Part shown: piece after piece, positions 48,639-61,205 of the stretch
Numbering within the stretch: position 1 is the stretch's first letter
Layout of the letters: each line of letters begins with the position of its first letter
Assembly: GCF_006345805.1 (NCBI RefSeq)
Contig: NC_042997.1
Coordinates: forward strand, 22,568,001 to 22,632,000
Direction: 5' to 3'
Origin: Octopus sinensis
Lineage: Eukaryota
DNA: 64,000 nucleotides
The notes under the pieces: generated by a model
What the model was told of the DNA's origin: nothing
Seen by the model: only the letters and a program-made list of their open reading frames with translations
The model's database searches: none
Made by a program: the position numbers and the translations under genes

Positions 48639-48738
48639 GCAAATCGTGAAGAGTTTGGCTGTGTTTGGCGGTGCTGTGTACTTGGCACGAGTTATAAGTT
48701 CTTATGAAGCGTCTATCAAAGCAGAAGCACTTGCATAA
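48639..48738 (+). CDS. TOMM6: TOM6-like subunit, coding exon 2
   Basis: Acceptor TTTTGTTTTCAAAG|G joins in frame to give (W)QIVKSLAVFGGAVYLARVISSYEASIKAEALA*. The spliced 72-aa tail-anchored protein resembles human TOMM6 (FATD..NLGLFAAGVWLARNLS). A GTAAGT donor follows 14 nt after the stop. Confidence 0.72.
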
Positions 48739-49931
48739 CTTATGCGATAGTGGTAAGTTTTTCAAAAGTACAGGTTTTTGTAAGCATAAGTTTTAATATT
48801 GGCGATCAGAAAGGCTTTTTGAAGGATCAATCAAAAAATTAGCCACGATGTTTCGAGGGAAGCAAGGATAAGTTGAATTAACTATGAAGCGTTGGTTGAT
48901 GAACTCACTTTATGAAATTTAAGTAATGTACCATATCAAGATAATCATTACCATTTTATGTTCACTTTCCAAACAGGCACAGGTTATGACACATCGTTAT
49001 GGCCTAAGTTCTTATTTGGAGTTACTGCACCCCTAGACAGAGCAAAGGATGATGTCTTATACATTCCAGTTTTTAGCATGATTTCTATGGTTGGATGCCG
49101 TTCCTAACACCAACTACTTTACAGTGTATGCTGGATACATTTTATCTTGACTAGCCAGGTGATATGTTCTCAGAATAAGGTCTGATTGGTCAATGTAAAG
49201 AACCACCCATTATCGAAAATTTTAAAAAAACAGCCTGCTGGTGTTAACAACTGTGTAGAAAACGAATATGAAAAAAAAAAATTTGCAGAAATGAACCTGA
49301 GGGGGTGGGGAGGATTTTTGAAAAAAAATTTGGTATCAGATTCTCTATAGCTGAAAACGTAGGATTTCATTTTTTAAAAATCAGTATATATCCATTTTCC
49401 TGAAAGTTAGGAGAAAAAAAATCAGATCTTGTGAATTTTCCACACAGTTAACACCCAGCAGACTTTTTTTTTTTCGTTAACAGGTCTGAATAGCACCACA
49501 GTTGACAACACACCCAAGTTATAAAAAAGTTGGGTGTGTTTTTAGAAAAATCATGTGTAACATTCTTGCATCTAAGTAATAAGGCCACTTGTCTTGATTA
49601 GTGCAGTTCAGAAAGAAACTACTGGAAACATGGAGATGCCTTAGTGAGGTCAATTTATCCACTAGGATAGAGAGTTATAAGTGTAATTTTTCTTCAGGAA
49701 ATATCACAGGAGGTAATGGCATATTGGGTGTAGCTTTTTTATGCAATTGAAAAGGATAATAATTTTTTTTTTTTTTTACATCCACTGTTCCATACTAGAG
49801 GGCACATCTCATTCATACATTCCATTTTGGACAGGGTCCCTACAACTGGATTCACTTCCAATCACCTCCCCTATTACAGAATGTACTAGGTGCTTTTTGT
49901 TGTGGTGCCAGCATTTGAGAGGTTGAAGAAT

Positions 49932-50111
49932 GGACTCCTTTTAGTTATTAGGGATCAAGGTAGCCTGTTGGGTGCTGGTGAATGGACAGAGAAAATATAA
50001 GATAGAGAAGACTAGTTTGACTCTGAAAAATTAAAATCTTTTTTATATTATCTCTGTTCATTCACCAGCACCCTAGAGGCTACCTGCTCCCCTAATATCT
50101 AAGAGGAGTCC
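49932..50111. mobile_element. ~180-bp fold-back MITE-like element
   Basis: ~70-bp imperfect arms GGACTCCTTTTAGTTATTAGGG..GGTAGCCT..GGGTGCTGGTGAATG.ACAGAGA.AATATAA and their reverse complement at 50042-50111. Confidence 0.8.
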
Positions 50112-52655
50112 TACTTTGTATGCTGTATGTATTAAGAGAAATTCCTGATAGAAAATATTATAAGCTATAATTTTTCCCAAGCTATCATATTATTACAAAT
50201 GGTTGGAGCTCCTACAACAGTTGGGGAGAAAACATCAGTAGAAAATTGAAGAAATTATTTGGTATGAGAAAATCATTAGTTTATTCTTAATACCTCAAAT
50301 GTTAATAGATGTCTGAGGTGAGAAATAAAATTAGTTGGACAGTTTTTCCACATAACACACATCAAGTGTACAATAGTTTAAACTCTTGATGTTTCTCATA
50401 GAAAAATTTTATCAAATATAAAATCATTTTGAAAACTTATAAAACTTGTAAATTTTTTTTTCCCCCATTAATGGTAGGATGTTCTAATCTTTTGCAAGTT
50501 TTCTCAGGTTAGATTAATGCAGCTGATGCTCAACCTGAATATTTGTAGAACAATATTAGCAGGAAGGGAACTACTATAACATAGATAGTTACATCATCAT
50601 CATCGTTTAACGTCCGCTTTCCATGCTAGCATGGGTTGGACTATTTGACTGAGGGCTGGCAAACCAGATGGCTGCACCAGACTCCAATCTGATCTGGCCG
50701 AGTTTCTACAGCTGGAAGCCCTTCTTAACGCCAACCAATCCGAGACTGTAGTGGGTGCTTTTACGTGCCACTGGCATGAGGGCCAGTCAGGTGGTACTAT
50801 AATACTTAATAGAATTCTAATGCACTCAGTCCAAAACAGCAGGTGATTTCCTATACTAATTATACCTATCAGATTGACTAGTTATGTCCTTTTTCCATGC
50901 TATATGGTTTAGAATTTCTTCAAACATTTATAATTAAAAAATTATAATTGTTAACAAAGAATCGTATTAAAGAGGCACTTGTCTGTTAGATTTTTATTTT
51001 CTCTTATTTCTATTAGATATGGGGGAAATTTTGTGTCTGATCTTCTGATTGACTGCAATTTATTGGTAAGTAACAGTTACGTCCCTTTCTCTCATTAACT
51101 AAATTTTTGTAAGTTTTTGTTTTCAAGGTTAATTAATAATTAATGAAAACAGGAAAAGAATTCAGGACCCTAAAATTATTACTTAGCATCAGATCCTACC
51201 AGACCAAGTATAGCTATCAAAAGTTTTGCAGTTATCATTCCATCTTTTTTGCCTAGTTACAGTGCACCTAAGATCACATTATCCAATGTGTCCTCAAAAG
51301 TACATTTGATAAGCACAGTTGGGTGCTGGGTACTATTTATAACAGATCAATTAACTTTAAGATGTAAATTTACATAATCAAGTAAAAAAATTTTCTTTTT
51401 TCTTGTCTATATTTTACTTTGTAATGCAAAATCGTCTCTTGTAAAAACACTACCAAATTTAGTGTTGGAGTGATCTGTCTTGCATCATATAATCATTTCT
51501 TGGATGTTGCATGTGTGAAACCCATTAATCATTAGATCTGACCTCATTACTTTTTTTTTTTTTTTTTGTGCCATGGAGACATTTTACTGACAATATGCAT
51601 AACACTTTTTCACCAGTATTCCTTTACCGTTCCACATATCCATACCAATGTTGCTTATAAATATTAGATTTTCTCTCAACTCATTTGTGTGCCATCTTTT
51701 TATGCATGTTAATATCTCATGCCCTTACATATCTGAACATATGTGATGTTCAGCCTCTATTCTAGTTCATCCATGTTTACCTTTCACACATGCTAATTTT
51801 AGATATGCAATGTATCATACCCACCTCATTTCTCTCCAATTACCCTTAAATCTTTTATGTTCAGTGTCAATGTTTCGTTTAGCATGCAGCATCATACATC
51901 ATCATCGTTTAACGTCCGTTTTCCATGCTAGCATGGGTTGGACGGTTTGACGGAGGTCTGGGAAGCCAGGAGGCTGCACCAGGCTCCAGTCTGATCTGGC
52001 AGTTTTTCTACAGCTGGATGCCCTTCCTAACGCCAACCACTCCATGAGTGTAGTGGGTGCTTTTTACGTGCCTCCAGCACGGACGCCAGTCAAGGCAGCG
52101 CTGGCATCGGCCATGTTCGGATGGTGTTTTTTTAAATGCCACTGGCACGGGTATCACAACTACAATTTCCATTATAATCTGCTTTTTATACTGAGGCAAC
52201 AGCTCCTTGGATCTCTTCTACCTTTCTCTCAATCTGTTCACTATGATTTTACTGCAGCCACTCCTTGGGCTAATTAAATTCCTGAGACAAAAACCTATCA
52301 ATTACATTTAGTGAGTAGTTTGAACAGTCCGTGGATGCCCCTGTTAACTTCTTCTGTACATCTATCGTAGAAAGCCCATCAAGTGTGTCTATTTTGATGC
52401 ATATTGGTAGAAAAAAAAACAGTGCTCTTTAAAGTGCTTTACAAAAAGTCCTTTGCACCAATTTAGACACACTCCCTTATTGCATTTACTAGCAGAGGTA
52501 CAGTGAACCAGCTATTAATCCATTAGAAACATAACCAATCGCGATTGTTCACCTGTTGTGGTATAAATCTGTAAAAGATTGCTTAAATATTAAATTTAAA
52601 TTTGTTATATTTTGTCAAGCAGCAAATTGATTTTTTTTTGTTTTTCTCTCTACAG

Positions 52656-52770
52656 GAAAACCTGATGATGAATACTTTTACCAACGTATTTAATTCTCTT
52701 TCGTGTAAATATTTTAATTACTCCTGTCAGCAGTTTTCTATGCAATAAAAAATATCTAATTACACTTCTG
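52656..52770 (+). other. Candidate non-coding terminal (3' UTR) exon of the TOM6-like gene
   Basis: Strong acceptor TTTTTTTTTGTTTTTCTCTCTACAG|G and AATAAA at 52744-52749. Confidence 0.5.
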
Positions 52771-53086
52771 TGGATTGGTTTCTTTATTTTTCAATCTTTC
52801 ATGATTTGCAGTACTTCATTGTGGCTCTGGAGTTTAGTAGATATCAACAGTTGATTAAAACTGAAATATATCTTGGTCTTGTAGAGAGGTAAGTCTTTAG
52901 GGTGCAGCTTTTACTCTTTATGTAATATCATCCAGAGAATTAGATCTTGTAATATCTAATTTACAAACTGACTGTTATACCACTGCAAAGAATGTTTTCT
53001 TAAAATTATCAAGTGTTACTTGATGCTCAGTTTGGAAAAATTAGTTACACCTAATTTTTATCTGTAGTGTGCAAAAGCAAATACTA

Positions 53087-53990
53087 TTGGGTCATCCCAT
53101 GAATGTGTTTTTTATACTTATTTTATTTTTCAAAATTAAGATGCACAAATTTTAATGTAAAATATACTCACTTTCATTTTCCACAATGCTCTTCTATCTA
53201 TCTGGTAGACTTGCAAAGCCCCTCTTCCAAAATTCACTTGTGACAAAAAAATAATCCAATACTGTTTTTACCTCATCTACAAAATTCATATTTTTTCTCT
53301 CCAAATGATTTTAAAAACTGGAATAAATGATAATCAGATGCGGCAATGTCCAGCAAATATGGTGGGTGGAGCATCATTTCCCATTCAAACTGTTTCAGCC
53401 TTTCGAATGTTATCCTTGCTGTATATGGCCAAGCATTATCCTGATGGAAGAACACTTTGCGTCTTGAAACCAAAGATGGTCGTTTTTCTTGTAGCGCTGA
53501 CTTAAGCCACTCAAGCTGCTCACAGTAGATTTCCTTGTTATCATTTGGTTGGGGTTTAAAAGTTCAAATTAACTAAACTTTTCATATCTCACCAAACAGA
53601 TAACATCTTACATGGGTGAAGCCTTTCTTAAGCCTGGGCTGCACGTGATTACACTTGGAAAGTGAGAGGAACCCATTGACCCACAAAGGTGTCAGTGGAT
53701 GGTTGAATGATCAAATCCAGGCTTTTCTGCTAGTTTCTCAACAGTTACCATGGGGTTTTGCTCCACCAGTGTTTGCAGGACATCCTTGTCGAGCACTACA
53801 AATCTGGGACAAGGCTTGTCTTCTAGGCTAGAATTTCTGGAATCACCGTTGACACTGGTTTATGCTTAATGTCCAATCCTTGTATACTGCATTAATATTC
53901 CTCACACACCATCATCTGCATTAAGTATGAAATACAGGTTGCTATTTTGAACATACTTCTGTCACTAATAACAAATTGTTATTCAGCCTG
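53087..53990 (-). mobile_element. mariner (DD34D) remnant, truncated
   Basis: KVFFHQDNAWPYTA..HPPYLLDIAASDYHLFQFL; one TIR (TA|TTGGGTCATCCCAT); similar to 56218-57491. Confidence 0.85.
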
Positions 53991-54320
53991 CCAGCTAAAT
54001 GTAATATCAATTACTTTTCAATCATTGTCTAACTCATACAGGTAATTTTTATTTAGAATGAGGCACCAATGGATACTTGCTACTGACAAAGCTCCAAGAA
54101 GCAGAAATACATATTTAGCAATGCCACTGGTGGACGATTTTCGTCTGCTGTTGTTATATTTTTGTGCTTTTAACATATCTACGAGAGATGTTTTCTCAAA
54201 ACGAATACCACAGTTTAAGCAGTTTTTAATGATTTATCTGTTTTAAGTATAATGCACAGATTGCTATTCTGAAGTAATACTTCTTCCATTGCTAAAAACA
54301 GCTACACACACACACACACA

Positions 54321-54418
<98 letters not shown>

Positions 54419-56217
54419 GGATCAGAATCGAAATCGATCAATGGAAATTGCAGATGTGTTACCAGTGCCGGTGGCATGTAAGAGAACCTTCCGTTTCGCG
54501 ACCGTTGCCAGCACCGCCTCGACTGGCCTTGTGCCGATGGCACGTAAAAAGCACCATCCGTTCGTGTCCGTTGCCAGCCTCGCTTGGCCCTTGTGCCGGT
54601 GGCACATAGAAAGCACCATCCATTCGTGGCCGTTTGCCAGCTCTGTCTGGCACCTGTGCGGGTGGCACATAAAAAGCACCCACTACACTCATGGAGTGGT
54701 TGGCGTTAGGAAGGGCATCCAGCCGTAGAAACACTGCCAGATTTGACTGGGCCTGATGAAGCCTTCTGGCTTCACAGACCCCAGTAGAACCATCCAACCC
54801 ATGCTAGCATGGAAAACGGACGCTAAACGATGATGATGATATGGGATAAATTATCCTGGCATGCAGGCTGTCCACAATGGTCCAAATACATAATACTCAA
54901 GCTTAAGCCTTCATGGGCAGGCAGGATTGGAATTACACAAAAGGCCATTGGAATCCCAAGGGTCCCCCTTTTAATTTTGTGCATTTCCACACTATCCATA
55001 AGGTAATATTTGTTTATTCTTGTATATATGTGTGAGTGCATGATACAGAACAAGAAATTTAGCACTCTATAGGTATATATTTGTAATTATTAGCATTTAA
55101 TGGAGGGGAATTAAAATATAATTTATTGAAGAAATCAACAATTTTTATAGTTTTATAAACTATACATATAGCACTAAATATAAAATAAAACAAAATTATT
55201 TAGTATGTCGATTAATACCTGTACAAATATGAGGAAAATTGACTTACACTTCATCAGAATACATAAAAAAAGAACAAAAAGAAATAATTTGACAGAAGGC
55301 CAATGGGGTCCAGTCTTACCCCCATTGACCATATTTTATGCTATAACATTCATATGACTGAAAATTTTAACTCAAAATTTGTACGTGCATATATAAACTA
55401 TTGACAATAAAAGTCATGAGATATAAAAATTTTTAGACAAAAAATGTAAAAGGCACAGGAGTGGCTGTGTGGTAAGTAGCTTGTTAACCAACCACATGGT
55501 TCTGGGTTCAGTCCCACTGCGTGGCATCTTGGGCAAGTGTCTTCTGCTATAGCCCCGGGCCGACCAATGCCTTGTGAGTGGATTTGGTAGACGGAAACTG
55601 AAAGAAGCCTGTCGTATATATATATATATATATATATGTGTCTGTGGATATGTTATTGGCGTTAGGAAGGGCATCCAGCCGTAGAAACACTGCCAGATCT
55701 GACTGGGCCTGACGAAGCCTTCCAGCTTCACAGACCCCAGTTGACCCGTCCAACCCATGCTAGCATGGAAAGCGGACGCTAAACGATGATGATGATGTCT
55801 GTGTTGTTCCCCTAGCATTGCTTGACAACCGATGCTGGTGTGTTTACATCCCCGTCACTTAGCGGTTCAGCAAAAGAGACCGATAGAATAAGTACTGGGC
55901 TTACAAAGAATAAGTCCCGGGGTCGATTTGCTCGACTAAAGACGGTGCTCCAGCATGGCCGCAGTCAAATGACTGAAACAAGTAAAAGAGAAAGAGAAAA
56001 AGTTGTGTAACTTTTGAAATTTTGGGGGGTTCCAAGGGACCCAGCTTGCCCATGAAGAGTTAAATAGATACTGACACTTGTAAGCTTCAGTTGTCAGATG
56101 GTTCCTTGTTCCTATTCTGAATTGCAAATGATCCATAGAATATACAATTGAAAACCAAGAGGAAAGTTTGGGATGTGAATAAATCTACACTCTCCTCTTG
56201 GTTTTCAATTGTATATA

Positions 56218-57491
56218 TTAGGTCATCCTATAAATAATGCAGTTTTTTATACTTCTTTTATTTTTCAAAATTAAGATAAAGTTTTTTAATCTATAATATA
56301 CTTTCCTTCATCTTCTACAATGCTTTTCCATCTGGCAGACTTCCAAGGCCCCTCTTCCAAAATTCACTTGTCCATGACAAAAAATACTCCTTCAGTACTG
56401 TTCTTACCTTGTCTACAGAATTCATATTTTTTCTGTCCAAATTATTTTGAAGACTGCAGAATAAATGATAATCACATGGGGCAGTGTCTGGCAAATATGG
56501 TGGGTGGGGCATTGTTTCCCATTCAAACTACTCCAGCCTTTGGAATGTCATCCTTACTGTATGTGGCTGAGCAGTATCCTGATGGAAAAACACCTTTTGT
56601 CTTGAAACCAAAGATGGTCGTTTTTCTTCTAGCAATGACTTAAGCTGCTCAATCTGCTTGCAGTAGATCTCCTTTGTTATCATTTTGTTTGGGTTTAAAA
56701 CTTCAAAGTGGATTAACCCTTTCATATCCCACCAACCAGATAACAACACCTTACGTGGGTGAAAACCTTCTTTAGCCTAGGGTGCAAGTGTTTCTCCTTT
56801 CCCTACCCACTGTCTTCATTGCTTGACATTTTTATAGAGAACCCATTTCTCATCACCAGTCGGTCCAAAACAAGTTCATTGGTGAGACATGACAGCAAAG
56901 AAGAGCACATATCCACTCTCTGTGCATGATTAGACTTGGAAAGTTTGTGAGGAACCTTTTGATCCAATTTGCTGACTTTTCTGGTGGCACACAGGTGTTG
57001 ATAAAGGGTTGAATGACCAAAATCCAAGCTTCTCTGCTAGTTCTTCAACAGTTATGATGGAATTTTTGTTCTACCAGGGTTTGCAGGATATCCTCATCGA
57101 GCTCCACAGATCTTCCAGGACAAGGCTTAATTTCTAGGCTGTAGTTTCCAGCTCAGAATTTCTGATACAACTGTTGACACTGGCTTATGCTTATTGTCCA
57201 TTCCCCATATACTGCATTTAATATTCCTCACACTTTCCATTGCATTGTTGTCCTTATTGAACTCATAAAGCAAAATATGCAGAATATGCTCCTTTGTCAC
57301 TTCTGTTATAGCTTTGTAAAAATAACTGTTAAAATCGAACTGCACTCTTCAAAACTTGCACTAAGAATAAGTACAAGGTAAAATTACTACCTGCTTTTAT
57401 AGCAAGTTGATGCAGGTAGTTTATCCCATCCCCCTCCAACTTTTAGATCATGCAATTGAAAAACACTGCATTATTTATGGAACAACCCAAA
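56218..57491 (-). mobile_element. Full-length degenerate mariner (DD34D), ~1.27 kb
   Basis: Imperfect TIRs TTAGGTCATCCTATAAATAATGCAG / CTGCATTATTTATGGAACAACCCAA with TA flanks. Motifs LLSGWWDMKGLIHFE, FFHQDTAQPH, PHPPYLPDTAPCDYHLF. Confidence 0.9.
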
Positions 57492-57498
57492 ATATATA

Positions 57499-59297
57499 TC
57501 TCTTATTATAAAAGGCAGATTTTATCTGCTTCCCTTTGTATCTTATAGAAATCTACAATATAGGATTTCTTCAATTACAATTTACCTAGCATTTTTAAGA
57601 GTAGAATGCATCGGGTCGTGACAGGTCCACTTTTTAAAATTTCAACCCCAATTAAGCAAAATTTAGAGAAAACTCACATTGTGGTGTATGAGTCAAATGC
57701 TTCTCTTAGTGTGGGATACAGTACACGCAAACGCACACACACAGTGTGCAACGAATAAAGTGAAACTAATTCACTTTCTGTAGTGAGTGACTATTTCACT
57801 CTACATTCCCACTTCCACTTTACACACATAGACACGCAAATATATAAATAAAATTGTAAGCTAACGTGTGTGTGTGAGTGTGTGTGTGTGTGTGCATGTG
57901 TGTGTGTGTGAGGATGCGTGCGTGTGCGTGAGTGTGTGACAGGAAAGTTTTTTACAACGAATATAAGACCTATATCCAAGTAGCAGAAAGATCGCCCAAA
58001 AGTGTATATAGATATTCAAATGTATTTATATATTCATCTATACACAGATGTATGTATAATGTGTGTGTATATATTTCCATAGCGGTAACCTTTCACTCCA
58101 TACAAAGTTTTTTAGGACGAATATAAGATCTAAAGTATATACAAGTAGCAGAAAGATTGCCCAAAAGTGTATATAGATATTTAAATGTATTTATATATTC
58201 ATCTATGCACACATGTATGTATAACGTGTGTGTATATATTTCCATAGAGGTAACCATTCACTCCATACAAAGTTTTTTAGGACGAAAATAAGATCTAAAG
58301 TTATCTCTAAGAAAAAGAAAGATCGCCCAAAAGTGTATATAGATATTTAAATGTATTTATATATTCATCTATACACACGTATGTATAATGTGCGTGTATA
58401 TATTTCCATAGAGGTAACCATTCAATCCATACAAAGTTTTTTAGGACGAAAATATTTATATATAAAAGAAAGGTTGTGTGTCTGTCTACTCCGATTTAGA
58501 TTCCTAACTACTCCCACATTTTGCAATGCAGTTTAACCAAAACCGGGTATCTTATAGTCGTGATTCATATCGAGCCCTTCTGGGTATTAGCGCGCGTCTA
58601 CGATGAGTCTATGATTTTACAAATAATTTACCATCATTTTTTCCATTTTAATGCATATTTTTTTAAATAAAGGGAAGTAACTCTCAAACTTCACACCAAT
58701 ATGCGTGCTCATATGCGACGTAATATCACATCAGCAGCATTTCCTCACACCCTCCTTGCACTTGGCGAAGGCAAAATACCAGGGGATGAAAATGGTAATA
58801 TTGCCATCGATTCCATTTGTACCATTGTTAAGACGCCTTCTGATCTCAGAGATGCAGTGTTCCCAGATCTACAAGCTAATTATCAAAATATGGATTGGAT
58901 TGGCAAAAGGCTATACTGGCCCCGAGGAATAAAACTGTTCACCATATTAATGATGAAATGCTAAAACTCATTCCTGGGGAAGTCTATGTATATCAGTCTA
59001 TCGATACAACTCCTGACCCAGAGGACGTCATCAACTATCCAATAGAGGTACTCAATTCCTTTGAGCACCCCGGACTACCACCACACTTTCTCAAACTTAA
59101 AGTTGGTGCCCCTATAATGCTCATCAGAAATTTGGTTCCCCCAAAACAATGCAATGGCACACGTTTTATCGCTAAGTCCTTATCTCCCACCGTAAACTTC
59201 TATAAATATTTGCCTGAATAATCATCATAATTCAGTGCAATCATTAACAGTACTTTCAAGCAATTCAGCCCTGAGCAACGCCGGGCAATTCTGCTAG
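57499..59297 (+). mobile_element. Non-autonomous Helitron carrying a PIF1-like helicase fragment
   Basis: 5' TCTCTTATTATAAAA after A. 3' GCCC..GGGC hairpin, then CTAG before T. Helicase piece AILAPRN..YPIEVLNS..GLPPHFLKLKVGAPIMLIRNL..CNGTR at 58895-59215. Confidence 0.9.
57943..58452 (+). repeat. Minisatellite, ~3 units of 160-165 bp inside the Helitron
   Basis: Unit AAAGTTTTTTAGGACGAA..GAAAGATCGCCCAAAAGTGTATATAGATATT..GGTAACC.TTCACTCCATAC; GA(A/A)ATAAGA anchor positions ~57959, 58119, 58284, 58448. Confidence 0.92.
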
Positions 59298-59619
59298 TAT
59301 ATATATATACATACACACACATATACACATGCATGTATGTATATATATATATGTATGTATGACATGTAAAATGCACCATTCAAGTGTGGTCAATGCCAGT
59401 GCTGCCTTACTGGCTCCCATACTGGTGGCACATAAAAAGCACCCACTACACTCTCAGAGTGGTTTGCGTTAGGAAGGGCATCCAGCTGCAGAAATCTTGC
59501 CAGAACAGATTGGAGCTTGATGCTGCCTATTGGCTTGCCAGTCCTCTGTCAAACTGCCCAACCCATGCCAGCATGGAAAGCGGACATTAAACAATGTTGA
59601 TGATGATATACTTTGTTTC

Positions 59620-61205
59620 TTCACACAGAGAGGAATAAACTTTGCATTAGTTCTTTCCTTCATAACCGCAACAAGTTCTTTTAAACAGCCAGGCTGCATT
59701 ATGAGCAGCATTGTGCAGAATATGTCCTGGACATCCAACACCTTCCATCGATTCATTCATGCTTCCCTCGAATTTTGAATAGACATTATTTGTGCCTATG
59801 CACAAACGTCCACCAAAATTAGTATTTGTGTTATCTCTACCAAAAGCTGTACATTTCTTCACATCCTGTCCTAACTCGATGAGGCTCTCTCTGCAGAAGG
59901 TTGCTATTATTTCCAAGGTCTCATTTGGGAGGGATCTTATTCACAATAACTTTATCAGTAAACCCTTTTCACATGAAAAACATTGCACAATCAACGGGAA
60001 AATTTACTCAGCATTGTGGTTACTTGCATCTGTAGATATGCCTTAAGAAGAAGAGTTATTTATATTTTTAACAATCTCTGTAATAGTGTATGGAGTTACA
60101 TCATTTTTTATTATTGCAGCTCATTTTGTCCTAGCACTTGAAAATTTGCATGCAATTTTAGAATCAGGAAATATTTGTAATGATATTTAATTGATTAGTA
60201 AACATTATATTTGATGATGTTGGTGGAGGCAGTGGTAATGATAATAATTTGTTATAACAGCAGGTTGTAAGATGTAAAAGATGAACAATGCATGAAGTTT
60301 TAAGAAAGTATTTATTTACCATTACATTACAGTACCTTTCCTTGACGGACAGGTTTTGATAAATCCAAAAGCATGCGAAAGTTAGATGCGGTAGAATGTT
60401 TGTGTTTGTGTCCTCTTCATTGTTTAGTAGTAATTGCGGAGAAAGATAGAATGATGTTGTAAGAGAACAGAATTAGAGCTAGAGAGAATTGTAGGGTCTT
60501 GTCTCACAGTTGCTTTCTCCCTCTGACCAAGGTTAGTCAGACTTCGTTGTCACCACAGTGACTAACTGATTTTTGCTTGGAGTATGCTTGCTTATATTAC
60601 TATCCAGAAGGATAGATATATCATTGAGAACAATAGATTTAGTTGGTGGTCTTGTTATCTCTACTCTAGCTTTTGGTGAAGTAGAAGAGGATAAAAAGGG
60701 TCAAGTGATGAAGACATAATTCAGCCTAGCTAAAGGCATCTGGAAAATGTAAACACTGCTGTCAGAGAAAAACCATTGTTCCACCATGGGAACAGTTCTG
60801 TTGCAGCGTTAATTTAAATTTGGCTATGGTGGATTGAATCCACTTCATGCATGCAATATTCACTACATACTGTTGGTGGTAGTATGTTTGTACAGTCATT
60901 TGAACTGAATGACAGATGATATGAAATGCCATTGCAACTTCTGCAGCTATTATTTTATTTTCTTCATTTGAGTTTTTCTTGATCAAGAAGTTTTTTTTTA
61001 TTTTACCAACTTCTTTTGAAGTAGAGGCAATACTATTTTTGAGCTTTGCTGTTTCTATGTGTTGCTTGATATCAGACTTCTCACCATGTTCAATACTGAA
61101 AGTGCAATTACATACACCACAGTTTGCTTCAAAACAGCTACTGCCTTGTTTGATAAATGTCCATTAGCTGCAATATTCATCAAGAAATTTACACTTACCT
61201 TTTGG
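59620..61205 (-). mobile_element. hAT-superfamily transposase remnant, interrupted
   Basis: BED-like finger CGVCNCTFSIEHGEKSDIKQHIET; IAAEVAMAFH; DNTNTNFGG; GVGCPGHILHNAA. Broken by stops and an unrelated ~0.5-kb insert at ~60250-60760. Confidence 0.72.

Noticed and set aside
48753-52655. Intronic snoRNAs in the TOM6-like 3' UTR introns
   Set aside because: No convincing C/D box pair with terminal stem or H/ACA architecture was found by eye; snoscan/Infernal would be needed.
52662-52668. CTGATGA as a hammerhead core or snoRNA C box
   Set aside because: No matching GAAA with stems and no properly placed D box or terminal stem; it lies just inside a candidate 3' UTR exon.
60267-60755. Possible solo LTR inside the hAT remnant
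   Set aside because: TG..CA candidates exist but there is no matching TSD, so it is left as an unclassified insert.
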